DNA of 43,576 bases. Source: an uncultured Candidatus Saccharibacteria bacterium. GTDB taxonomy: Bacteria > Patescibacteriota > Doudnabacteria > UBA920 > O2-02-FULL-48-8. Position 1 is the stretch's first letter, and each line of letters opens with the position of its first letter. Location: assembly GCA_964405805.1 (NCBI GenBank), contig CAYOPE010000004.1, positions 1 through 43,576 of the forward strand, read 5' to 3'. Positions 6,880-14,577 of the stretch are shown piece after piece. The notes under the pieces are model-generated. The model saw only the letters and a program-made list of their open reading frames with translations. It had not been told where the DNA came from and made no database searches. The position numbers and the translations under genes were made by a program.

Positions 6880-6974
6880 CGATTCCTCCTTATCCGAACA
6901 GCACGATAAAGCATAGTATCATTAAACATTAAAAAAATCAACCACTGGCAGACGTTTTTGTTTGCGTTTTATTG

Positions 6975-6983
6975 TGCTAAAAT
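6975..6983 (+). promoter_or_regulatory. Extended -10 promoter (TGCTAAAAT) of the PAP2 gene; leaderless geometry
   Basis: TAAAAT is followed by 6 nt (TTGAAT) and then ATG 6990. Confidence 0.5.
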
Positions 6984-6989
6984 TTGAAT

Positions 6990-7655
6990 ATGAAATTCGT
7001 TCAAGGATTATTTTACAAATTCTGGCAGAATTTTCTGGCTTGTTTTTCAGGAGTCAATCTGCTTTGGCATGCCTTAGCGATTGCATTAACTTATGTGATT
7101 GTGACGAGCGGCTTTGATTGGAAATATCACCAGCTGCTCGGACATGGCCTGATTTTTAATTTATTTTTTCCAGCAGCCATCTTCGGATTTTTGGTACCAG
7201 TGGTCGTGCCTGCTGTGCTGCTTATAAAAGGCCAGAGGAATCCTAAAATTTTAAACACTGCTTTTGCGCTGATCCAAGGCGAGTTTCTCGGCTGGCTGAT
7301 TTCTGCTTGCTACAAAGCTGTCACTGGGCGTGTGCATCCAGAATTGTTTGTTTCGCAAACCGCAGATATCAGCCGCGTGTTTCACTTTGGGTTTATGCGC
7401 GGCGGGATTTTCTGGGGCTGGCCATCTTCGCATACAGCAGTGGCGTTTGCCGGATCCTTCGTCATCTTAGCTCTATATCGTGAGTCGAGACTTATGAAAA
7501 TTTTGGCAGTCCTATACGCCATCTATATTGGCTTAGGCGTTTCAATCAGTATCCACTGGTTTTCTGACTTCGTAGCAGGCGCGATCATGGGCACAATAAT
7601 CGGTATCACAGTGGGAAAAAGTTTTAAAAAGAGACTTGAAAGTTTGAATTCATGA
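6990..7655 (+). CDS. PAP2-family (phosphatidic acid / undecaprenyl-PP type) membrane phosphatase
   Basis: Motifs KAVTGRVHP, WPSSH and SIHWFSDFVAG fit the PAP2 pattern KxxxxxxRP / PSGH / SRxxxxxHxxxD. Multiple TM helices. Confidence 0.85.
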   Translation: MKFVQGLFYKFWQNFLACFSGVNLLWHALAIALTYVIVTSGFDWKYHQLLGHGLIFNLFFPAAIFGFLVPVVVPAVLLIKGQRNPKILNTAFALIQGEFLGWLISACYKAVTGRVHPELFVSQTADISRVFHFGFMRGGIFWGWPSSHTAVAFAGSFVILALYRESRLMKILAVLYAIYIGLGVSISIHWFSDFVAGAIMGTIIGITVGKSFKKRLESLNS

Positions 7656-8260
7656 ACCCCTGGCTTGAAATTTTTATAATATTTATTTTGCCAATACTAC
7701 TTTGGTATTTTGGTCTCGTTTCTATAAAATATCGATTTAGAGTTTTTGTGTTAATGAATATCGCTACGGTAATGATTGTATGGAAAGAACACTGGAGCTT
7801 AAGACAGTTTGGACTTCGAATTGATAATTTTTATGCTTCCACCGTTCCGTATATTTTGTTTACAATTATAGGGTTTCTCTTTTTATTTTTTCTTGCCAAG
7901 CTGCACAAAAGAGACATAGTTGACGAGCGGAAGACGAGCAACCATTTTATTTATTGGTTTATCATTCTCAGTTTTTCCCAAGAATTTTTATACAGAGCTT
8001 TTTTGATGCCTCGATTATTGGGATTGTTTTCTCCTGTGCTGGCAATAATAGTTAATACTTTTCTGTTTGGTATTTTACATATTATTTATCCCGAGTTAAA
8101 AAAGAATTTATTTATAATAGTGTTGGCTGGATTTGCCTTCGCGACCGTGTATTACTATTATCCAAACTTGATTCTAATAAGCATTTCTCACTCGATTTTA
8201 AATTACGTCGCAGTCATGTATGGCTATTTCAGTTTTTATAAAATAAAACAAACAATATGA
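7652..8260 (+). CDS. CPBP (CAAX protease/Abi) intramembrane metalloprotease
   Basis: SQEFLYRAF (EExxxR-like), FGILH (FxxxH) and SHSILN (HxxxN) lie within a polytopic membrane protein. Confidence 0.8.
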   Translation: MNPWLEIFIIFILPILLWYFGLVSIKYRFRVFVLMNIATVMIVWKEHWSLRQFGLRIDNFYASTVPYILFTIIGFLFLFFLAKLHKRDIVDERKTSNHFIYWFIILSFSQEFLYRAFLMPRLLGLFSPVLAIIVNTFLFGILHIIYPELKKNLFIIVLAGFAFATVYYYYPNLILISISHSILNYVAVMYGYFSFYKIKQTI

Positions 8261-8385
8261 TTGCTAGTAAGCGCTGAAGTTTTTTGGTATACTTCTCGCA
8301 ACACAAACATTAAACCGCTGAACTCACCCTCTGTCCCGAGAAGTCGGGACATCTCTCCCGCAAACGGGAGAGAAAAAATAGAAAG

Positions 8386-8985
8386 ATGACAGAGGCGGCT
8401 TTCTTTGTAGGGGGAATGATGAACATGAAGAGAACTTCGAATCAGGATCACGCTCTGAACTTGATCCGCCGGATTTGCGCTCTGGAGACCTCGGCGCATG
8501 AAGACTCGATCGTGTTTCAGGTCAGGGACGTGGGCGCCGGAATGGGCAGTCCTGGGAACGCTGTGAAGCAAGGGGTTTTGGCGGCGCTGGTGGTCATGGG
8601 TTATATTCGGATCATTCAGAAGCCTCACTCCACGCTGAATATCTATGGCGCGACAAGAGAGTCTCTCCAACGTCTCGGGCAAGATATGCGGCTGTCGCAG
8701 TGGAATCAGCTCGGACTTCGTCCGTATACTTACATCGTGCACGCGCAGGTGCGGCTGTCAGAGAACGATTCGGTCCGCAAGTTCGCACGTGAGTGGAACT
8801 GCTGGACAGAAGTCCGATCAGCTGACCTGATTACGGTGAAAGTCGACGGCTTCGATACCTACTTCTTCGTGAACAGTCGGATGATCGGGGATGGTCCTCC
8901 GATTCATCTGTGCTGCGGTCTGCAGATCATCAAGCCGGATCTGATGGACCATTTCGACATCGACTGTCACTGGAAAGACGAGTAG
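8386..8985 (+). CDS. GC-rich cassette E: hypothetical protein, possible N-terminal winged-helix domain (start uncertain: 8386, 8416 or 8425)
   Basis: Extended -10 TGGTATACT (8285-8293). Two leader hairpins (8333-8350, 8353-8372). A hairpin plus T-run follows the stop. The antisense ORF 8236-8742 lacks such signals. Confidence 0.55.
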   Translation: MTEAAFFVGGMMNMKRTSNQDHALNLIRRICALETSAHEDSIVFQVRDVGAGMGSPGNAVKQGVLAALVVMGYIRIIQKPHSTLNIYGATRESLQRLGQDMRLSQWNQLGLRPYTYIVHAQVRLSENDSVRKFAREWNCWTEVRSADLITVKVDGFDTYFFVNSRMIGDGPPIHLCCGLQIIKPDLMDHFDIDCHWKDE

Positions 8986-9086
8986 ATCATCGACATATGG
9001 CTGCGCTGGTGAACCTTTTCGGGTTTGCCAGCGTTGTTTTTTGTTCAGAAATTTGCTATAATATATTTGTTTTGTAGATAAACCTG

Positions 9087-9827
9087 ATGAAATCCAAATC
9101 AAAAAAACCAAAAACCTTTTTGGGCATGCGGCTGCATCCGGGGTGGACCGTGAAAAAAGGCAGCCGATTGGCTACCAAGCTTGTTAGTGCTACAGGAATT
9201 CCAGAAGCCTACTCTGAAACCACAGCGTGGTTTGCAGAAAGATTGATTTTGGCCGCAGTCTGCATCGCCACAGCTTCTTTTGCGTCAGGCGTTTTGTTTA
9301 CAGTTTACTTGTCAGAGCCGATCGGAAATAGTCAGGCCTATGATTATCTGGCCAGCAGAGCCGCAGTGGCCAAAGAGCAGTTTATAGACTTTGCTTCACC
9401 AATTTTTGAAAAGCTGCTTGCTGATAACTACGAAGACAAAATTAAAAAAGCTGAGCTCGACAAGCGTAAGCAGCAGATCAAAGAGTACTTGCTAGGCAAG
9501 CAGTCGCCATTCGCGCGTGATGATGACGCGCTAGCAGCACTTGCGCAATCGAAAAACATGAAGCTGATTCTAGCGATTTCGTTTGTAGAGAGCAATTTCG
9601 GCAAGCACTGCTTCTACTACAACTGCAGCGGCATCGGCGGGCCGAACCTTCGACGTTACGAAAGCTATGCTGAGTGGGTCACGGATTTTGATAATCTTTT
9701 AGAAAATCGTTATAAAGGTTTGCCACCAGAAAAGTTTCTCGGTCTGTATGTGCAGCCGGGTAGTCCCAACTGGCTTTATGGAGTGCGACAAATTTTAAAC
9801 GAGTTCAAAAAACAGGGGATCGGCTAA
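9087..9827 (+). CDS. Membrane-anchored protein, possible muramidase/glucosaminidase-like C-terminal domain
   Basis: Promoter TGCTATAAT at 9054. TM helix LILAAVCIATASFASGVLFTVYL. AISFVESNFGK weakly resembles the catalytic-Glu motif of cell-wall glycosidases. Confidence 0.6.
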   Translation: MKSKSKKPKTFLGMRLHPGWTVKKGSRLATKLVSATGIPEAYSETTAWFAERLILAAVCIATASFASGVLFTVYLSEPIGNSQAYDYLASRAAVAKEQFIDFASPIFEKLLADNYEDKIKKAELDKRKQQIKEYLLGKQSPFARDDDALAALAQSKNMKLILAISFVESNFGKHCFYYNCSGIGGPNLRRYESYAEWVTDFDNLLENRYKGLPPEKFLGLYVQPGSPNWLYGVRQILNEFKKQGIG

Positions 9828-9899
9828 CTATTGAAAAATTTCTGAAAATTTGCTATAATATATATAGTTAATTTTTTGGAGGGGGAAACAAATATAAAT

Positions 9900-10016
9900 A
9901 TGGCAGATCAAATGCCAGGTTCAATGCCGATGCCTGAAGGTAAGATGTGTGCCGCATGTGGACACATGCATGGTAAGCCAGATGGTACGTGCGATTGTGG
10001 TTGCACTGTAAAATAG
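9900..10016 (+). CDS. 38-aa Met/Cys/His-rich mini-protein (MADQMPGSMPMPEGKMCAACGHMHGKPDGTCDCGCTVK)
   Basis: Absent from the ORF track because it is shorter than 60 aa. Promoter TGCTATAAT (9850), SD GGAGGGGG, and a strong terminator directly after the stop. Confidence 0.6.
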   Translation: MADQMPGSMPMPEGKMCAACGHMHGKPDGTCDCGCTVK

Positions 10017-10025
10017 TTTTTGAAA

Positions 10026-10049
10026 GCCCGCCTTATAGGCGGGTTTTTT
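10026..10049 (+). terminator. Intrinsic terminator CCCGCC-TTATA-GGCGGG plus T6
   Basis: Read directly from the sequence. Confidence 0.8.
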
Positions 10050-10096
10050 GTTTGACAAAGTTATATGGTATAATATAGACAAAATTAATACGTTAT

Positions 10097-10402
10097 ATGG
10101 CAACAAACAACAAAGAACAAAATGGGCATATGCACGATGGATGCGATTGTGACTACCATCACGACTATCATCGGCACTTTGCGATGCGCTGGGTGCTAGG
10201 GATTGTGATTCTCCTTTTAGTTTTCTGGTTGGGCATGAAGATCGGGGAACTGAAGGAAGTGGTGGAGAGCGGGTTTGGTTACGGGGGATTTCATAATATG
10301 ATGTACAAAGGCTATCCGGGGGCGGGCATGATGGAGTATTGGCAAACCGCAGTGCCTGGGTCTACAGGTTCGACAACCCCGAAAACCTCGACTAAAAAGT
10401 AA
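10097..10402 (+). CDS. His/Cys-rich N-terminus plus single TM plus Met-rich exported tail protein
   Basis: Promoter TGGTATAAT (10065). The N-terminal NGHMHDGCDCDYHHDYHRH shares GHMH...CDC with the upstream mini-protein. TM segment WVLGIVILLLVFWLGM. Confidence 0.65.
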   Translation: MATNNKEQNGHMHDGCDCDYHHDYHRHFAMRWVLGIVILLLVFWLGMKIGELKEVVESGFGYGGFHNMMYKGYPGAGMMEYWQTAVPGSTGSTTPKTSTKK

Positions 10403-10475
10403 AAAGCTTGCCTTTTTATTGGTTGTGTGATATAATTATATTAACTGTTAATAACTTAATATTAAGAAACAAAAT

Positions 10476-10907
10476 ATGCAAAATAAGAATCGAAAAGGTT
10501 TCACCCTCATCGAACTTTTGGTGGTCATAGCCATCATTGGTATTTTGGCAGCCGTGGTATTAGTATCCCTAAACTCAGCCCGCCAGAAGTCTAGAGATGC
10601 TAGAAGACTTGCTGATGTCAGACAAGTCATGACAGCATTAGAACTCTACTATAACGATAACAATGGTTATCCCACAGCCACCTCAGGAGCCCCAACCACT
10701 ACAGATGGTTCTCCTGCCTGGTCAACCTACCTAGCCACCTGGCCCACTGTCCCTACCCCTGCAGATGGCACCTGTGGCAATGCTAATGCCTACACCTATG
10801 CTCAAACCTCTTCTGGAGCTTCCTACACCCTAGCCTTCTGTCTAGGAGCAGTCACTGGAGGCTACACAGCTGGTAGTCATACAGCTTCTCCATCAGGGAT
10901 ACAGTAA
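10476..10907 (+). CDS. Type IV (major-type) pilin, stand-alone copy
   Basis: Prepilin signal MQNKNRKG|[18 protein letters not shown] with Glu at +5. Has its own promoter TGATATAAT (10427) and its own terminator. Confidence 0.9.
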   Translation: MQNKNRKGFTLIELLVVIAIIGILAAVVLVSLNSARQKSRDARRLADVRQVMTALELYYNDNNGYPTATSGAPTTTDGSPAWSTYLATWPTVPTPADGTCGNANAYTYAQTSSGASYTLAFCLGAVTGGYTAGSHTASPSGIQ

Positions 10908-10912
10908 ACTAG
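10497..10912 (+). repeat. 416-bp perfect direct repeat, copy 1 (pilin body)
   Basis: Identical by base-by-base reading to 19200-19615. Identity starts at GGTTTCACCC and ends 5 nt after the stop. Confidence 0.9.
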
Positions 10913-10918
10913 ATTTTC

Positions 10919-10950
10919 AAAACCCGTCCTATTATCAGGACGGGTTTTTT
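10919..10950 (+). terminator. Intrinsic terminator AAAACCCGTCC-loop-GGACGGGTTTTTT
   Basis: Read directly from the sequence. Confidence 0.85.
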
Positions 10951-11022
10951 GATGCTTAATTTGACTTGATTTAAGAATAATTGGTATAATTAGATCAATC
11001 TTTCAATTTAGTTTGAAACAAA

Positions 11023-11466
11023 ATGAAAAAACTAATCAAAAATAAGGGTTTTACCTTGATTGAATTACTGGTGGTCATCTCGATTATCGGTATTTTGGCT
11101 TCCACTGTGTTGGTATCTCTAAACGGCGCGCGCCAAAAAGCCAGAGATGCTCGCAGAATTGCAGACATTAGACAAATTCAGACAGCTCTTGAGCTTTTTT
11201 ATAACGATAATAATAAGTACCCACTGCCGACCTCTGCGTCTACAGGCGGGCCTACCTCCACTGATGGCAATCCTAACTGGTCAACTTATGTGGCTATTTG
11301 GCCAGCTGCCCCTCTTCCGCCAGATGGCACTTGTGGCAGTTCGAACACATATACTTACAACCAAGAACTCAATGGCAACAGCTATACTTTATCCTTCTGT
11401 TTAGGTGCAGTTACAGGGGGGTATGCTGCGGGTTTCCACGTTGCCAGCCCCAGCGGTATCCAATAA
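11023..11466 (+). CDS. Type IV pilin paralog
   Basis: MKKLIKNKG|[18 protein letters not shown]. Shares [21 protein letters not shown] and the C-terminal ASPSGIQ with the other pilins. Confidence 0.9.
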   Translation: MKKLIKNKGFTLIELLVVISIIGILASTVLVSLNGARQKARDARRIADIRQIQTALELFYNDNNKYPLPTSASTGGPTSTDGNPNWSTYVAIWPAAPLPPDGTCGSSNTYTYNQELNGNSYTLSFCLGAVTGGYAAGFHVASPSGIQ

Positions 11467-11546
11467 TAGACCCTTAGTTAAATAGCCTGTTGGTTTACAA
11501 ATTTACCAAAATTTGATAAATTAAGTAGGCTATTTTTTATTGTTTA

Positions 11547-11624
11547 AGGGCGACTAGCTCAGGTGGTTAGAGCGCGTCACTGATAATGACGAGGTCGATG
11601 GTTCGAGTCCATCGTCGCCCACCA
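11547..11624 (+). tRNA. tRNA-Ile (anticodon GAU), CCA encoded
   Basis: The cloverleaf folds by hand: GGGCGAC/GTCGCCC acceptor stem, anticodon loop CTGATAA, T-loop TTCGAGT. Confidence 0.95.
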
Positions 11625-11630
11625 GAAATT

Positions 11631-11882
11631 ATGCATATTTTTAGCGGGCTAATTGGCGTAGCCGTAGGCTTCGTCTTAATTAAATACTCAGTGCCCTTGA
11701 CTGACATGTTTGGAAAAGTAGAATGGGCTGAAAGAAACTTGCGTGGGGGATTAGCCGGCACTTATTCACTATACAAAATAGTGGGAGTGATATTTATCAT
11801 CTTGTCGCTGCTCTATATGTTTGGCTTGATTGGCATAGTACTAGGACCTCTCAGTAACGTATTTGGCGGCGTTAAGCAATAA
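11631..11882 (+). CDS. 83-aa two-TM membrane protein that exactly fills the tRNA-Ile/tRNA-Ala spacer
   Basis: ATG 11631 lies 6 nt after the CCA of tRNA-Ile. The stop TAA (11880-11882) abuts G1 of tRNA-Ala (11883). Two clear hydrophobic helices. Confidence 0.6.
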   Translation: MHIFSGLIGVAVGFVLIKYSVPLTDMFGKVEWAERNLRGGLAGTYSLYKIVGVIFIILSLLYMFGLIGIVLGPLSNVFGGVKQ

Positions 11883-11956
11883 GGGCCTTTAGCATAATGG
11901 TAGTGCGCTCGGTTTGCATCCGAGATGTGGGAGTTCGATTCTCCCAAGGTCCACCA
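11883..11956 (+). tRNA. tRNA-Ala (anticodon UGC), CCA encoded
   Basis: GGGCCTT/AAGGTCC acceptor stem with the G3:U70 alanine identity pair. Anticodon loop TTTGCAT, T-loop TTCGATT. Confidence 0.95.
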
Positions 11957-12069
11957 AAAAGACTTTTTAAGATTGAAAGTTCTTTTTTGTTTGGATTTGA
12001 CGATAAAGTTAATTTTCATTATAATTTAGGAGCAATTGAGGATATCCTCAGTCCAAATCGCGAAACAAA

Positions 12070-13101
12070 ATGCTATTTTCTAAACCAAAAAGTCACCTTG
12101 GCGTGGATATCGGGTCTTCCAATATAAAAATTGTTCAATTGCGGGCAGAAGACAACAAATTTGTCCTCGAAACTTACGGTCTTGTGAATGTTTCTTACCA
12201 AATTAATAAGGACAATACAGCTTCAATCGCCCAGACAGCAGGACTTTTAAAAGAATTGATGGCTCGTGCGAAAACCACGACCAATAAAGTCGCAGCGTCT
12301 TTGCCCAACAGTTCGGTTTTTACTTCAGTCATCGAGATGCCGAAAATTCCAGAGAACGAACTGAAGTCAGCCGTCGAGTTTGAAGCCAAAAAATACATTC
12401 CATTACCGCTTGATGAGGTCGCTTTATCCTGGAGTGTGATTGAAGACAAGCGCAAACCCAGTACCACAGAAACGAAGATTAAAGTTTTACTCACAGCAGT
12501 CCCGACCGGCGTTATTGATAATTATGTGAAGGTATTTCAGATGGCAGAGCTTGAGCCGGAAGCTTTGGAAATAGAGTCTTTATCATTGATTCGCTCTTTA
12601 GTCGGGGAGGATCTAAATTCAATCCTCCTCATCGATATAGGTGCTAAAAATACTACAGTTAATCTGGTCGCCGCCGGGTACTTAAGAGTTACGAAAAATT
12701 TAAATGTTGGTGGTGATACGATCACTGCCAGTATCGCACAGAGTTTGTCCGTAAATTTTGCCCGAGCGGAGCAGTTTAAGAAAGATTTTGGTCTAAATAA
12801 TTCTAGTCAACAAATTCCTCAAGTTATGCGACCGATCCTAGATATCATAAAAAACGAGGCTCAACAGCTAATGAATTTGTTTGAGAGTCGAGGAGAAAAA
12901 ATCGACAAAGTATTGCTTTCAGGAGGCGGCTCGAAGCTCCCGTATCTAAAAGAATACTTTTCAGTCTTAGGAAAACCTGTACAGTTGGCCAATCCTTGGG
13001 GCCAGGTTATCTATGCTCAGAACCTCAAGCCAATTGTAGAGCCTTTGGGTCTAAATTTAGCAGTCGCTACGGGACTTGCCATGCGGCACTTCTCTCATTA
13101 A
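12070..13101 (+). CDS. pilM: Type IV pilus assembly ATPase-like protein PilM
   Basis: The actin-like N-terminus LGVDIGSSNIKIVQL, the length and its position before pilN/pilO. Confidence 0.9.
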   Translation: MLFSKPKSHLGVDIGSSNIKIVQLRAEDNKFVLETYGLVNVSYQINKDNTASIAQTAGLLKELMARAKTTTNKVAASLPNSSVFTSVIEMPKIPENELKSAVEFEAKKYIPLPLDEVALSWSVIEDKRKPSTTETKIKVLLTAVPTGVIDNYVKVFQMAELEPEALEIESLSLIRSLVGEDLNSILLIDIGAKNTTVNLVAAGYLRVTKNLNVGGDTITASIAQSLSVNFARAEQFKKDFGLNNSSQQIPQVMRPILDIIKNEAQQLMNLFESRGEKIDKVLLSGGGSKLPYLKEYFSVLGKPVQLANPWGQVIYAQNLKPIVEPLGLNLAVATGLAMRHFSH

Positions 13102-13110
13102 ACCAAAAAT

Positions 13111-13668
13111 GTGCAAGAAATAAACCTACTTCAAAATCGAGTTAAAGACACTAGCCATGTTTGGGAGCGACAGAGTAAGTTAATTCTGACTTTTTTGTCG
13201 ATTTTGTTAATTATTATCATCGGAGTCACAGCTATTTTGTTTCTACTCAATCGTTCACTAGCTAGTAAGACAGCAGTAGTGACAGAAGATAATCTTTCTC
13301 TTCAAAAACAATTATTGAGTCAGCAGAAAGATGTTGAGAATGGTAAGGCTTTTCAAGCACAGCTCGCGAACTTACGAGTTTTACTAAATAATCATATTTA
13401 TATCTCACCATTTCTAGACGAGCTTTCGAAATCAACTTATCAGAGAGCGCAGTACACTGGTTTGGATGTCACGACAGATGGCCAGGTTCATTTAGAAGGA
13501 ATAGTTTCGAACTACATTGATTTAGGAAAATTGCTTTTAGGACTATCGACTTCGTCGAAATTTAAAAACGTCAAACTTTTATCAGTCCAGCCATCATCCG
13601 GCAAAGACAATGCTTACACTTTTGCTTTGGAGATGAGTGCGACATCTGATATTTTCACGAAAAAATAA
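13111..13668 (+). CDS. pilN: PilN-like pilus assembly protein (GTG start)
   Basis: N-terminal INLLQ motif plus a single TM plus a coiled region. Synteny after pilM. Confidence 0.8.
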   Translation: MQEINLLQNRVKDTSHVWERQSKLILTFLSILLIIIIGVTAILFLLNRSLASKTAVVTEDNLSLQKQLLSQQKDVENGKAFQAQLANLRVLLNNHIYISPFLDELSKSTYQRAQYTGLDVTTDGQVHLEGIVSNYIDLGKLLLGLSTSSKFKNVKLLSVQPSSGKDNAYTFALEMSATSDIFTKK

Positions 13669-13670
13669 TC

Positions 13671-14231
13671 ATGCCCCAAACATCATTTAGATCATTTGCC
13701 ACTACAGCGACCATTCTCATCATAGCCTTGTTATGGGCAGCTTATTTTGTCACTGTACCGCAGTGGCATAAGTATCAGGATTCAAAGCAAGCTCAGCTCA
13801 CAGCCGAAAGTGACAATGGTAACTTGAAGTTAGCTCTGTCTTCTCTGCAAGGCTTTATCGATTCATATCACCAGCAAACGAAAAATGTATCAACTGTCAA
13901 TGCTTCACTACCAGCAAAGTCTGAAGACATGGCGAATTTTACCGCTAGTATTGGAGGGTTGGCTCAGGCTAGCGGAGTTGTACTTTCTGACTTTTCGATT
14001 GAAGGAGATAGCAATGTTTTAAGTCGATTCAAAAAAACACCTTTGGAAAATTCCATTCAACCAGTAGCAATTACTTTTACAGCCTCGGGAAGTTATCCGT
14101 CGTTTAAGGATTTCATCCTCCGGCTAGAAAATCATCAGCGCTTGGTTGACATTAACCACATTACCTTGCGACAAGATGAGAACGGACAGATTCAATACCA
14201 AGTCAGCCTTAAGACCTATTATCAAAAATAA
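13671..14231 (+). CDS. pilO: PilO-like pilus assembly protein
   Basis: Single TM followed by coiled-coil and ferredoxin-like segments. Called mainly from synteny. Confidence 0.7.
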   Translation: MPQTSFRSFATTATILIIALLWAAYFVTVPQWHKYQDSKQAQLTAESDNGNLKLALSSLQGFIDSYHQQTKNVSTVNASLPAKSEDMANFTASIGGLAQASGVVLSDFSIEGDSNVLSRFKKTPLENSIQPVAITFTASGSYPSFKDFILRLENHQRLVDINHITLRQDENGQIQYQVSLKTYYQK

Positions 14232-14233
14232 AT

Positions 14234-14575
14234 ATGGATCCAAGTAGTCGAAAAAAAATCTACATTTTAGCGGGCATAATTGGTGTAATTGTGATTATAA
14301 TTGTTTGGATAGTGATGAGAGGAAAAAGCTCTTCTTCGAATTCGGTTCAGCCCCAGACTACAACTGAAACCGACAATTCTTCTCAAGTCTCAAACACACC
14401 GATCAGAAAGTCATCAGATGATGGGAGCTTCCCACCACCTGCAGTGTTTCCGTTATCAAAAACTTTAGATTTGCAGGTTTTGAATTCTACTGGATTCCAA
14501 ACTTTAAAGCCTTATGACACGATCAAGACCAATCCTTCTGACTTTGGTCGCGACAATCCTTTTAACCGATATTAA
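14234..14575 (+). CDS. Small TM-anchored Ser/Thr-rich protein in the PilP position
   Basis: TM segment ILAGIIGVIVIIIVWIVM plus a low-complexity linker. Called from synteny only. Confidence 0.6.
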   Translation: MDPSSRKKIYILAGIIGVIVIIIVWIVMRGKSSSSNSVQPQTTTETDNSSQVSNTPIRKSSDDGSFPPPAVFPLSKTLDLQVLNSTGFQTLKPYDTIKTNPSDFGRDNPFNRY

Positions 14576-14577
14576 AT

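Noticed and set aside
8236-8742. 168-aa minus-strand ORF overlapping cassette E and the 3' end of the CPBP gene
   Set aside because: It is antisense in a GC-rich segment, with no initiation signals, and it crosses the + strand promoter and leader hairpins.
11586-12127. The track start at 11586 for the inter-tRNA ORF, and ORFs 11567-11761(-), 11813-12019(-) and 11897-12127(+)
   Set aside because: They overlap the tRNA-Ile or tRNA-Ala genes. Only the 11631-11882 portion is free of tRNA sequence.
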